DNA of 63,924 bases, filler included, from Hyphochytrium catenoides (lineage: Eukaryota > Protista > Hyphochytriomycota), in assembly GCA_900088475.1 (NCBI GenBank). It is 9 parts of 9 records of this genome, joined end to end, with 100 filler letters (N's around TTAATTAATTAA, not from the genome) between each part and the next. Parts side by side here need not be neighbours in the genome. Positions count along the whole stretch, not along the records: positions 1 to 22,763 come from FLMG01003358.1; 8 more parts are not named here. One strand, given 5' to 3'. A program made the position numbers and the translations under genes. Each line of letters starts with the position of its first letter. Positions within the stretch are counted from its first letter, which is position 1. Under the pieces are notes generated by a model. The model ran no database searches, was not told where the DNA came from, and saw only the letters and a program-made list of their open reading frames with translations. Shown one piece after another: positions 1 through 11,659 of this stretch.

Positions 1-2488
1 TAGAGAAAGAGCTACTTCAAAAGAAGTTCGACAATAAAGTCGTGACAGAAGAGCTCTTTCAAGAGCTATCAGAAGAGCTAGTTGTATCAAGGAGGGCTAT
101 TGCTGAAGGGAAGAGCTCTTTTAAGGGCCATTTGCAGTGCTTTGGCAAAGAGAGCTATCTGGAGAGCTAACTCAAAGAGCTATATGAAGCCTAAATCAAG
201 GACTATCTGAAGGTTAAATCAAGGGCTTTCAGATGAGATATCAGAAGAGCTATTTCACGCAGACAAAAGCAGTGTTTTTGCACGTAGACAAAAGCGCACA
301 CTTGTGCCTTCAGCGCTGTGCTTGTCAAACATCCGTGGCGCCTCCCATTTCCCTGCTAACCTTTGAATCAGCAAACAAACCAATGCAAACAACATTGCCA
401 ACATGGAAAAATGTGCGCTCCCAAATGCGTGCATTGCATATGATGAGCTACCTATTTGCTACTGAATAGCTATTATAGATGAAGCATGAAGAAGACAGCG
501 GCGCTATCCAGAAAGATCGCGGAAAGAGAAAGGGAAGATTGAGACGACTTACGGAAGGACAGTGCCATGAGGAAGAAGAGAGAAGAAAAGGAGAGATGAA
601 GAGTGAAGAATCAGAAGTAAGAGTAAGGAGGAGAGAGATGAGAAGAGACGGCGCAAGCCTCTAAGCGCGCCCTCGTAGAATGAGGACGCTGCTGATAGAA
701 GAGGAAGAAGCTCTGTTCGTGCAATATGCCGCCGCCGCTCGCGACGGTGGTTGTACGGTGGTAGGACCAGACTGAGGAGCTACTGGTGCAGAGAACAGCT
801 AAAGGAGAAAGCTCTGAAGCAGAAAAGATGATGAGGTTCCCAGTGGACTGTTGGCGTTGGCAGGGCGGCGGCGGAGAGTGTTGAGGGAGAGAGTGAGGGC
901 CAGGTTTCTTCTTTCCTCTTGTTGTTCGTCTTCTGCTGCCTTTCTTCTCTATCGATCTCAAGAGCTGCTGCAGCTGCTGCTGAGGAAGAGGAAGAAGACT
1001 GACTATTTGCTGTCATTAGCGGCGCCTTCTGGTCCTCCTCCACCCGAGGAAGGGTTGACGTTGTTTGAGTAGCAGGAGGAGAGAAGAGAGAGGACGTTTA
1101 CCTATTCAGATAGCAGTCTGCTAGTGCGACTCTCCGCTTCTCTCTTCCCCATCATCCACCGCCTATTCTCGGTCGTCGCCCGGGCGATGTACGCCTCCCT
1201 CTTCTTCTTCTGTTGCTTCCCTTTCTTTTCTTCTCTTCCCCTTTCTTCTTCTCACTTTTCTAACCTTTCGTCTCTTCTTTCTTTATCATCTTCTTCCTTT
1301 CTTTCCTTTCCTTCTTCTTTTGCTCTTCTCTTTCTTCTTCACTTCGTTATCATCTTTTTTCTCTCTCTCTCCGGTCCTTTGGGTGGAGGACAGTGCTCTG
1401 CTCTCTGTCTGTCGAGGAGCAACGAGATGAGGCCACATATGTAGGAGATAAGTACAAAGAAAAAAGAGAATGGCAGCAACAGAGGAGACCGATCGAGGAG
1501 CAGACATAAGGAAGCCTTTGGCTCCCCTTGACAGCTGAACATCCATCTCTCTCTGTGCCCAACCCATCGCATTGTCAGCGATGAAGTGGTTCACATTGAC
1601 AGCGATGATCTGGCTCGCTCTGTAGAGGAGAGAAAATAAGGAGAAAGCTCAGCCGCATTTGTCATTCAGAGAGAGAGCGCCGTCGGCCATTGCAAAGGGA
1701 TAATAGGTTTGCTATGTCTCTTCTCTCCGGTCTTAGCAAGCCATCAATAGGTCCAAGCAGTGAGAAGAGTGGCTACATATCCCCCATGAGAGGAAAAGGA
1801 AAGAGAGGCAGAGCGTGAGAGAGATAGCGAGGAGAGAAAGGTGGAGAAAGAGTTCTTTCTGAGCACGCTAAAGCAGAAAAGAAGGAGAGAGATTAACGGA
1901 GGCAAAAGGAGGAAAGACAGAGTGACAGAAAAGTGAGACAGATTGCGTTTATTAGGTGTGAGAGAGATAAAGTAGAGAGGCCAGGCTACGGGCCCAGCGC
2001 ATAACCTTTGCGCTCGTGGGCAAGAAAGCAAACAGATAGAGCAGCCCGAAGCTCTAAGGAAAACTAAGGACTTCCTGTCTGTGTAGATCCAGAGGCCGCC
2101 ACCACCAGCATCTCAAGTTCCAGAGGCAGCAGCAGCAGAGAAGGAGACGCGTAGCTTCCGCCTTCTTCTTCTCCTCTCGAGGAAAATAAATAGCTTTCCT
2201 ATAGTCCTACATAGAGGCGGCAGTGTCTGCTGTTAACAGGCCGTGCTCTTCATTTGTCTTCCACCTTCTCAGTGAGCTTATCCGCATTGTCTCCTGCCCT
2301 CACCAGAGTGTCAATGGCTTTCTTCGTGAGAATCTTCCCCTTCAAAGTCCATTGATAAGCAGGAGATTAGGTGACCAACAAGGGAAATCGTCTGGATGGC
2401 CATTTAGAGTCCTTCCCTCTCTTTCTCCTGGTCTCCTGATGGCGCCAAGGCCTTCTGTCCTCGCTAGGGACAGAGAAAACGTCAATAG

Positions 2489-4498
2489 CTAGGAGGTCAG
2501 GGAGCTCACGAATTTCTGATAGACAGAGGGAGAAGCTTGCTTGGCCAGCCAGTGCAGCAAGGGCCAATCCTTGCTACTCTTTGCCAGTTTCAGCATGTGC
2601 ACTGTCACCTCAAGGACTTTATTGCTGAGAAGGAAAGCCAAGACGTCCAGCCTCCCGGTCGGGATCAAATGAGACACCAACGCCTTCGCGCAGCTGATGT
2701 CATAGCCGTGCTCAGAGAGCAGCTCCACAGTGAGCAGCCTTCCTTTCTCGACTGCCCGTAGTACAACGCCTTTCTTCCAAGCGTCATCATCGCGTCTTGA
2801 TTTTTTAGGAATGCCACCACTAGCGCCATCTCTAGGACCACCGCTTTCCTTTGAAGCTATCGAGGAGGAGGAAGATCCTTTTCTCTCTTCGTTGTCAATA
2901 AGCTTCTGTAGGTACCGCAAGGTATCGATCGGCGTATTTCCCATGACTGCGCGGGCCAGTGCCGCCTTCGCGTCCATCATAGACGCCACGTTCACTTTCC
3001 ATAGTTCTTCCACCAAACGGAGCAGCACCTCGTTATGTGGCAGGCTTGCAATCCATATTATGTCTTCCTTGGACGGGTTGGCCGGCTGGAAGAGCTGCGG
3101 GCGGACTTGATGCACCCAACGCAGAAAAGAGATATCCTGCTCCGAAGTAAACCTGTCTAACAGATCATCTCCATCGACTGCAGGGAAGAACTCCTCATCA
3201 CTCATCAGGTTAAGGCTATGGAGCCATTGGAGAAGGCTTGTGTCTTTCTCCTCAAAAGCTGTGTGGACTAGGAAGCTGTTTGCCCAAACCGACGTATGCT
3301 GAGGATATCGCTGGTGTGCCGACTGGAGGAATGATAATGTCTCCTCCATCAAGCCACCCGATAGATAGCCATCAATACATCGTAAGGCATCTAAGTGCAG
3401 ATCTTCCAGAGTCTGCCCTGTGACCGTCTCCGCCCATGTCACGATCCTGGGATCTCCTCCGGCTAGTCCCGCCTGCACAATCCATTTGACTTTCCCTCTT
3501 ATGACCGCAGAGTATCGGCCGTGCTCGTACAGCCAGGTAAGAACCTCAAATTGCCCCTGCTGGGTTGCTTCTTGCAGCGCGTCATCGAGCTCTGACTCCT
3601 CAAGACTGTCAGAGAACAGCTGCCGCGGGCCATACCTTTCAGTGACCCATCTCACGATCTTCAACGATGATCCCTCGTTCAGGGCCCGTATTAGGGGCCA
3701 GCGAGCCTCACCGTCGGGATAAGGCGTATAGGTCTCGTCCAGCCACCGCAGGGCCTCTACATTTTCCTTTACGATGGCTTCATGTAAGAGAGAATCCAAC
3801 TGTTCATTAGAGAAAGGCTCGGCACGCCGACACAGCCACCGCAGGACATCAGGGTTCGCCTTGCCCACGGCAAAGAGGAGTACCGCGTTGGAAGGCTTGA
3901 CAGACGGATACTCTGTCTCTAACCAGAGAATAAGATCCAGATGCCCCTCTGATGTCGCCAGCTCAAAGAGTCTGAGCGTAGCTTCTTGCAGATCCTGTCG
4001 GTAGACATTCACTGTTTGGGCTAGCTGAAGGACTTTCCCTGAGTCCTTGAAAAGAGCGGCGAAGAAAGCCTTCTCTTCAGCCAAGGGATGGCGATGGACC
4101 CACTGCAGGAGCTTCAGATTGCCTTTCGAGGCAGCTGCGCTCAGCGCACTGCGAGTGAAATAGAGCGGAACGGATCGCTTCAAAGAAGAATCTGGACGCT
4201 GGCTGCGCGCAGCTTTCTCTTCTCGTCTCTTGAGCTTCAGGAGAGACTCATGACCGCAAGCCACAGCCTTGTTTCCCGAGTACCATTGTACATATCTCCG
4301 GCCAGGCTGGAAAGTGCTGATGTGAGAGAAGAGATCAGGGCAGGAGATAACTTCAAAGATTATTGAACGCTGCTTGCAGACGCCACGGACCCGGCCATCA
4401 GTCCCTGACTCACAGTGCTCAGCGGAAGATCGTAGCTTTTTCATCTTTTGGAAAGGCTCTGACGGTCCGTCGTCTTCTTTCCTCTGCCGCTGCTTCAT
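2489..4498 (-). CDS. Divergent ankyrin-repeat-like protein, 669 aa, intronless
   Basis: Long uninterrupted ORF with repeated degenerate ankyrin-type motifs (AASKGNLKLLQWVH, ATSEGHLDLILWL, QGQFEVLTWLYEHG, AVEKGRLLTVELLSEHG). The N-terminal 'VISCPDLFSHISTFQPG' motif is shared with the neighbouring paralog. Confidence 0.75.
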   Translation of the reverse strand: MKQRQRKEDDGPSEPFQKMKKLRSSAEHCESGTDGRVRGVCKQRSIIFEVISCPDLFSHISTFQPGRRYVQWYSGNKAVACGHESLLKLKRREEKAARSQRPDSSLKRSVPLYFTRSALSAAASKGNLKLLQWVHRHPLAEEKAFFAALFKDSGKVLQLAQTVNVYRQDLQEATLRLFELATSEGHLDLILWLETEYPSVKPSNAVLLFAVGKANPDVLRWLCRRAEPFSNEQLDSLLHEAIVKENVEALRWLDETYTPYPDGEARWPLIRALNEGSSLKIVRWVTERYGPRQLFSDSLEESELDDALQEATQQGQFEVLTWLYEHGRYSAVIRGKVKWIVQAGLAGGDPRIVTWAETVTGQTLEDLHLDALRCIDGYLSGGLMEETLSFLQSAHQRYPQHTSVWANSFLVHTAFEEKDTSLLQWLHSLNLMSDEEFFPAVDGDDLLDRFTSEQDISFLRWVHQVRPQLFQPANPSKEDIIWIASLPHNEVLLRLVEELWKVNVASMMDAKAALARAVMGNTPIDTLRYLQKLIDNEERKGSSSSSIASKESGGPRDGASGGIPKKSRRDDDAWKKGVVLRAVEKGRLLTVELLSEHGYDISCAKALVSHLIPTGRLDVLAFLLSNKVLEVTVHMLKLAKSSKDWPLLHWLAKQASPSVYQKFVSSLTS

Positions 4499-4971
4499 GG
4501 TCCGTCAAGGGCAGCTCTGAGAGAGAACGAGAGACGTGAAATGACTGCGAATGGTAGGCTCTAGTGGGTCCTGGATGGAGAGGAGAGAATGGGAGAGGAA
4601 GATAAGTGAAGAGGAGACTCTCAGTGGCTGGACGTCGCCTTCATTTGGACTTCTGAGAAGGGAGGCGGGGCTGTACGGGAAGAGAGGAGAGAGAGAGAGA
4701 GAGGGGGTGGAGAGAGAGGGAGAGAGTGGGAAGGAATGGGCGGAGAGAGAGGGGTTGCGGGACAAAATAGAGTACTCAAGAGAGAAAGGCGAAAAGAGAG
4801 AGAAAGAGCCGAAAGACGGAGAGAGAGAGACACACAGAGAGAGAGAGAGAGAAAGAGAAAGAGAGAACGTGAGGGAGAATGAATGAGACAGAGAGCGTTG
4901 GGAAGGGAGGAGATAGAGCAAAGAGAGGAGAGGGAAGGGAGAGGGATCAAGAGAGAATGTCGAGTCTCGTA

Positions 4972-4988
4972 TTCCCGCCAATTTCAAA
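4972..4988 (-). promoter_or_regulatory. Putative adjacent CHR + E2F-like element (TTTGAAA-TTGGCGGGAA on minus strand)
   Basis: Sequence ttcccgccaatttcaaa about 470 nt upstream of the ATG at 4498. It matches the TTTGAA (CHR) and TTGGCGGGAA (E2F) consensus elements side by side. Confidence 0.35.
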
Positions 4989-5413
4989 ATTCAGTCAGAA
5001 ATTAGTGGTTTCGTTGCCTAAAACTGGCGTCCAGACGTCCAAAACGGGTACCATTGCCGTTTTTACTATTAGCGACGATAAAGCATGCCCAAACCTAAGT
5101 AAGTTCCCTCCGAACTTACATCTGGAAGTCGGTCCCAAAAAAGTGTCTTTACTGGCTCCATCGAAACCGTGTCTTTTGAGGAAGCCACCCCCCATTCTTA
5201 CGATTTCGGTAGCATTACGCCATAGTAGTATATAGCCAGCACAAAACTGACAGTTTGAGTTCGTCTTTTGAACAGTTCTTACGATTCCGCTTGCCAGCAC
5301 TAAACATTAGACGGATCTTCCTCCTCAGCAGGTTGACAGAGCGCCCATCGTCGGCTTCGCGATCGTCTGACCAGAGCCGCAGCCGCAGCCGCAGCCGCAG
5401 CCGCGCCAAGAGG

Positions 5414-5686
5414 AAGAAGAAAGCGAGCCGCTCGAGACGTAGCAACTACGGCGCACTAGCAGCTGGACTGATGATCAGGAAGCTCTTACCTTAGAGAGAC
5501 CATAGTAGAGAGAGAAGAAAGCGAGACGTAGTAGCAACTACGCGCACTAGCAGCTGGACTGATGATCAGGAAGCTCTTCCATTAGAGAGAAGACCATAGT
5601 AGAGAGAGAAGAAAGCGAGACGTAGTAGCAACTACGCGCACTAGCAGTTGGTGGACTGATGATCAGGAAGCTCTTACCTTAGAGAA
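5414..5686. repeat. Tandem repeat, about 3 copies of an approximately 90-bp unit
   Basis: The unit GAGACGTAG(TAG)CAACTACG(G)CGCACTAGCAGCTGGACTGATGATCAGGAAGCTCTTACCTTAGAGAGACCATAGTAGAGAGAGAAGAAAGC recurs at about 5434, 5523 and 5617. Confidence 0.9.
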
Positions 5687-6348
5687 AGAGTGCCAAGAGT
5701 TTGCAGATGGGAACGCTTCGCTGGGCCTCCTGCATTATAGATGAAGGGGAATGGGAGCAGGCCGCCAGTGTCAGGAGGCGTCTGACCAGGAGCAGCGTGA
5801 ACAAGTTATTAAGGCGATGACCTCTTATCTCTGCAAATAGTATGGTAGCGGCACATCGTAATGAAATGATCATAGGCAATGGGGATGGCGAGGAGGAGGA
5901 TTGATTCTTTCGCTTGCTCTATTTATGATCTATTACCTTGCTAGGCTAACAACGTCACCGCTTAACAAAAGAAAGATTCCGAACGTACTTAGCTTACAAA
6001 GGAACGGGGCGGTCGCGAGAGTGTAAGCAGATAACCAGAGTGAACCAGGGACCGCCTGGTTCACAGAGACAAAAAAGGATCCTTGCCCAGAATGGCTGCG
6101 CGAAGCAGATGCACAAACAGCAGCGCATTCTGCACGTTAGCCCAGAGTGGATGAAGCTCGTTTTATCATTCTTGACACTCCGTCTGTCCACACTCCGTCT
6201 GTCCATGGAGCCCGCGCTTTCGAAGGCCCTCACACTTAAACCAGGAAATCTTCGGCATCACGACTACCTCTGCTGGCGTTCTTCCACCTTCTCCGAAGAA
6301 CTATCCCAAGATCTCATCGAGGCAACGCCGTCGGGTCCAGTCTTCTTC

Positions 6349-8485
6349 TCACAGTAACAGTTGCCCAAGCTCACTAGGACGAGACAATTGCACGGTCCTC
6401 CTTGCAGAAAGGGAAGACAGCCATTCTTGTAACACCGCGCTGGACGCACTTCTTGCCAGCCAGTAGAAGACATGATGCGATCGATCGTTAATCCTTAAGC
6501 GTGCCGTATCAAGCATTGACTTGGTGACATAGATGGCCTTCTTAGAGCAGAGGAAAGCGATGACACTCAGTCGATCTCGTTTGGTGAGGTCACTGGTGAT
6601 ACTCTTCGTGCAGCTCAAGTCATAGCCGTGCTCGTAGAGAAACTCCAGGACGGCAAGATCTCCTTGTAGAGCGGCATTTCGTACGACCTTCTCCCGCCAA
6701 CAAGGAAGGCCTCTCCCATGACGGCTGTTCTCGATCTTGAAGGTTGATACCTGAACTGCTTTCTCATAGAGGCCCTGCAGGTACTTCAGGGAGTCTAAAC
6801 TGCCGTGCGTGCTCAGGGTTTCCAGTGCTTGGCCAAAGTCTATCATTGTGCACACCGCTTCTCCATAGATATCGACAAAGCATTCTAAGACTTCTCTGCA
6901 GTTTCTTAGCTCAGAAATCTCTTGAATATCCTCCTGTCTCGGGCTGTAGGCCTCTTGAAGCAGCTGAGGCCGGACCTTGTGCAGCCACTTCATCATAGCC
7001 ACTCCGAACGTATCTTCAAGCCGTGTGCCTCGTCCTATGTCCATGACTAGCTTAGGGATGTCTGCAAGAGAGAAGAAGTCTTCCTCTGGCATACAGCGGA
7101 GGCTGTGGAGCCACTGCAGGGCATCTAGATCTCTCTTCATATCCTCATTGAAAAGGTCCGACACCAGCGATTCAGTGAGCCAGTCAGATCTCCACTGCGG
7201 ATACTTCTCGTAGAGCCATCGCAAGCCCTCTGCGCCACACGATTGAGTCACTAGTAGATTCTCGACGGGGAAGACCATTCGCTTTACAATGTTGTCAAAG
7301 ACCTCTCTGTTGTTGATCAAACGCTCAGCCCACTCCATGACTTCAAAGCAGTCAGACAGGTATTGCTTCAGACATTATTCCCACTAGTCTCGTACTCAGC
7401 TTCCTTGCACACTCCGGTCGTTGGAAGAGCCAGGACAGCTTGTCAAGTCGCCCCGTTTCAAGCTGACTGAAAAGCGCGCCATCGAGCTCCAAACAATAGT
7501 CTGCATAATCTTCGTCCTCGATCCCGTGATACTCTACAATTAGCGATCCATATCTGTCGGTAAGCCAGCGGAGAGTATCCAAGCCCAAGCCTGCACCGAC
7601 AACGTAAGGCAGTGACCAACGGGGACCTCTAAAGTTTAGGACGTCATCATACTCTTCCGCTAACCACTTCACGATCTCAATGTAATCTGCCGACGTGGTC
7701 GCAACTTCCATCAGGTCTGCAAGCTGCTCGCGCTGGTATAGGGGCCGTCTTGCACACATCCATCGCAAGTTATCGAGATTTCCACACTCAGCAGCAAGCT
7801 GGTAAGCAAGAAAACTCGCCTGAGAGTGCGGATATTCCATCTCCAGCCAACTGAGAATCTCCGTGGAGGATGCATGTCCAGCAGCGGATTCCCTAAGCAT
7901 CCTTCCTCTCGGAATCAGCACATTCACCTTGTATGACTGCTGCAGGTCGATGAGTGGTTCAGCAAGCGCAGGCTCCACCTGGGAAGCTAACGATGCAAAG
8001 AAAGCTTTCTCCTCAGCGACGGGATGACAGTGCAGCCATTGTAGAAGCTTCATATTACCGTTGCTGATCGCCAGGCTCAACGCCTGACTCCCGTAGAAGA
8101 GAGGCAGGATGTCACCGTCCACTCGACTGGCAGTCTCAGCCTCCTTCAGCTTTAGAAGAGCAAGGTGACCGCACCTGATTGCATTGTCCCCAGAACGCCA
8201 GTCAGCATATTTCCGCCCTGGTTGGAAGGCAGCAATATGAGCCAATAGGTCGAAACTGGTGAGGACTTGCAAGCTGGGCGAGGCCTCTGAGCTACTAAGG
8301 CTATGCACATCCTTCTTATCGCTAGGAAAAGAGGAGCTGAGGGACGTTCTTCCTGAAGCGCGCACTCGAGAACTTCTCTGACGTTTAGCATGGGTGCCAA
8401 TGGGGGGTTCACTTCCGCCTGAGCTTCTGGCTGCTGCCTCTCCTGTTGTTTCTCTTCTACGTCTACTTCTCGTCGTTGCCACCAT
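6349..8485 (-). pseudogene. Ankyrin-repeat-like paralog of 2489-4498, split by a single +1 frameshift at about 7359 (pseudogene or assembly error)
   Basis: ORFs 7352-8485 and 6349-7338 align to the N- and C-terminal halves of the 669-aa protein (FQPGR.Y..W.SG..A..CGH..LLKLK; HP.AEEKAFFA.L; WLH.VRPQL.Q; L.EHGYD.SC). Removing one C from GCA ATA CCT GTC TGA restores AILSDCFEVMEWAE and gives a continuous ORF of about 711 aa. Confidence 0.8.
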
Positions 8486-11400
8486 GAGGGTGAGGGTGTC
8501 AGCAGGCTTAGGGCGCCCGTTGGAAGGCTTGCTGGCCTGTTATACGTAGCACCTGGTAGCGTCCTTTGTTGCTATTCTCTCAGGGTGGAAGTCATTCTCT
8601 TTTCCTCCTGCTCCCAAGAAGTTTCTCTCTGCTGCTCATGATGAGGTGTTCCTCGACCTAGAGTTCCTTTATCTGTTCTTCTGTCTTCTGAGGACGACCA
8701 TGACCTTCGAGATCAAGAGACATAGGGAAGTTGCTGGTCATCTGTCCAGTGGCTCATGCAGCCTTTGCCTTGTCTGAAAGCTGACAGCAGGCGGCTCAAC
8801 GATCGGCAGCTGAGGAGGTCAGGCAAGCAAGCGAGGCGTTGAGCATCAAAATGGAGGGAGAATGAAGCTAAACTCTGAGGCTGGTGAAGCAGTATGTGGG
8901 TGCCAAAATGATTATATTCGGTGGCTATACTTTATTACAGGTATTTTGGTTTGGTCTTGTACAAGCAGCTTTCGGGATAGAGACTATATTTCGGCGAATT
9001 GCAGTTATCTTCGGTTTCGATTGCAGAGGACCCATCATCATCAGTCTTTACGAATCACCTCCTTCCCTAGCTTCCCTGCCCAACGGATGATGGTCTTCCT
9101 GCTTGTGCTTTGCTTCACCTCTCGACCTCCTCTTGCCGCCCGCCTCATCATTTCCTTGTCTCTTTCTTCTATCCTTGCTTCCCAGTCAGTCTGAGTCGTA
9201 GTAGTACAAGGGGTGGGAAGAAGAGCGCAAGATAGACGCAGAGATGCCCGATGCGCGGTACTCGCTGGCGATGATGGCGTCTGCTCCGCCTCCTCATCAG
9301 CGCGAAAAAGGATGAATAGCTCCATCTTCATATCCCTCCTCAAAGTGTGGCAACGGGTTTAACGTCCAAGGAAGGTCTCATGTGTCAATCAATAGTACTC
9401 TACCCTCTCTGGGGCAGACACCATGCAGATAGTAGAAGGACCAAGAGAGGACAACGCCAGGACAAGAAGCCATCAGTCCAGCAAGCGACTATTAGGATAA
9501 AGACGGAGAAGAGAGATGAGTACTGAGTAGGAAGGAGGTTCCATAGAATGTTTATCTCATAGCGTGAGCCAGTCTGGCAACAGATCCTCCCACCAGTCCT
9601 CTACTCTCTTCTTTCCTTCTCCCGCTGGTCTCTATGCCAACAAGGCGATCCAGAAACGGAACAGGAATGATGATGGATTACCTTTGGACTATACATCTAT
9701 ACATATACATAGTCGTCAACCCTAAAGCTAGGAAACAGGCTTGGAAGGGTAAAGCTGGTTAGCCCCGGCAGCGTTCGTCTTCCGGCCATGTCCAGAGGGT
9801 CCCTAGGCATGTCATTCCCTTTCTCTATTAGAGTTTCCCGCTGTACGCTTCAGGCTGCTGATGGCTGCCCTGTGAATAGCTTTCTGCTGTTCATTGTCGC
9901 ATAAGGCTTGTAAACGAAGGACTTCTTGCGCCGGCAAATAGTAGCACGAGGCTTTTGGGCCACAATATAAGTAGGTAGTTGAGAAGAAGTCGGCCGTCCT
10001 ACATTACTATCCATTCTTAGCTATCTCACCCGCCCTCATTCAGCTCGACTTTTAGAGGAAACCCGATAAAAATAGAAAGTGCTAGCAGAACATCTTGTCA
10101 ATGGAGAGGCAATGAAAAAGCAATGATCTCCTCCGCAGGAGCACCACCTGCAGTGTCTGCTCTATGCTCTTATAAGCTGAACACGGCAGGCTTCCGTGCT
10201 GCCCCAGAGAGTACCGTAGGTCATCCAAGTCATCCTTGTCTTCCAGGTACTCGTCGTGCCAAACGACTCAGTCAGTCATCAAAGCAGGAGTAGGCCTTGG
10301 ATCATAAGAACGGAGGTCAGATAGATGACCCTATACCTCTACTGCGAGGAGTCCCGACTCCAGGGCTCCAGCGACTGGTGGTATCACTTCCTATCAGTCT
10401 ACTACCCGCTAACTAGGTAGGGACTACTATGAAGTCACGAGGAAACACGCCAAAGTCCATCGTTCGTCACCACGCCAGGAACTAAAAGCTATAGACCTAC
10501 ACTTTGCCCGTCATATCAGACTCACTCCATGGGTTGACTAGGAGCGAATAGAAAGCAAAAGCGGGGTCGTAGGTTGCTGAAGTTGCTGCGTACAGACAAG
10601 GGCTCAAGGTAGAACTACTAGTCGCTCTACTGGATAAGAAGAGGAGGATGATCTTCGGCTAGGTTTTCCTTTGTCTTTGACGGCAAAGGCGAGGTACTTT
10701 GGCCGTGAGCATGTGGCAGGCCCTCTGTCTGATAACTCTTTCTTAGGCGTGCGGAGTGTACCAAGGTCTGCGAGCGCCGCGTTCCTAACCTACAGTTCGG
10801 CTGAGACTGGTGGGAGACAGAACACCCTCTTTTGCCTGGCTAGTGATGGATGTTCGGTGCGTGAGATAGACCCACACGATGTGCGATGATGGTTGTCTTA
10901 GACGGAGTAGTGCTTAGGGCATTGGGGATGGCACATAGAGTGGTATCAATCTATATGTTTGCACTGTAAAACGGTAGTGGAGAGATGTCTCGACGTAAAC
11001 ATTTTCCAATGGCTGAGCCCTCGATGTGCCGACCCAGAAAGCCCTGAAGGCTTAAGACAATTGTACCCTTCCTTTCTGCTGCTGTTGCCTGCTGTCAGTT
11101 CTGAGCTCTTCCGATGGGCGGGGCCTCAGAGACTCCATATGCCTCGTTATCCTGTCGCTCGCTCCTCTGTTGCCGTCGGAATAGCAAGCGAGAGCAGCTC
11201 TCGCGCTCTCACCAGGGGCAGACGAGAGATTGATTGACCCAACCAGAGAATGCACGAGCCCTTTGCCGTACCCCGCAGCGCCGCTCACCTTCCGATATCG
11301 CTTACTGATATCAAGACCTTTCTTCGTGCTTGACATCCATTGTGCCAGTCTTCTACCTCCCTTGGTCGTCGTCAGAAGAGCGCATGAATGAAGTTGTTGT

Positions 11401-11659
11401 CTATTATTCTCTCCGTTGTCCAGTCCGGAAAGTGAGGAAAGGAGTTGTCAGCCCTATGAGCTGGTGCAGTTGAGAGTCTCTATTGACGTTAGAAGAAGGA
11501 GGAAGCGAGAGCAGAACGTGCGACAAGATCGAGATAATCGACGTCTGTTCGCGCTGCAGCTACCAAAATTCTCGGCACAGTGGCCACGACGGCGCCGCTA
11601 TGATGGCTTCAGAAGCATAAACAAAGGCTTGTCCCCGATAGTCAAGGCTCCGTAGAAGG

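Noticed and set aside
233-2492. Numerous short ORFs at the window start
   Set aside because: They are low-complexity, overlap on both strands, and show no recognisable domain or consistent splice model.
4505-4987. SLSLSL/ERERER-rich ORFs here and throughout (for example 33123-33931, 46316-46795, 56638-57000, 61369-62738)
   Set aside because: They are translations of (CT)n/(GA)n microsatellites in introns and UTRs, which lack stop codons by composition.
5414-5686. CRISPR array or canonical hammerhead ribozyme
   Set aside because: Whole units repeat with no unique spacers and no cas genes. For a hammerhead, stem II does not form after CUGAUGA and the required UH cleavage site after stem III is absent (the sequence reads CGC-AC).
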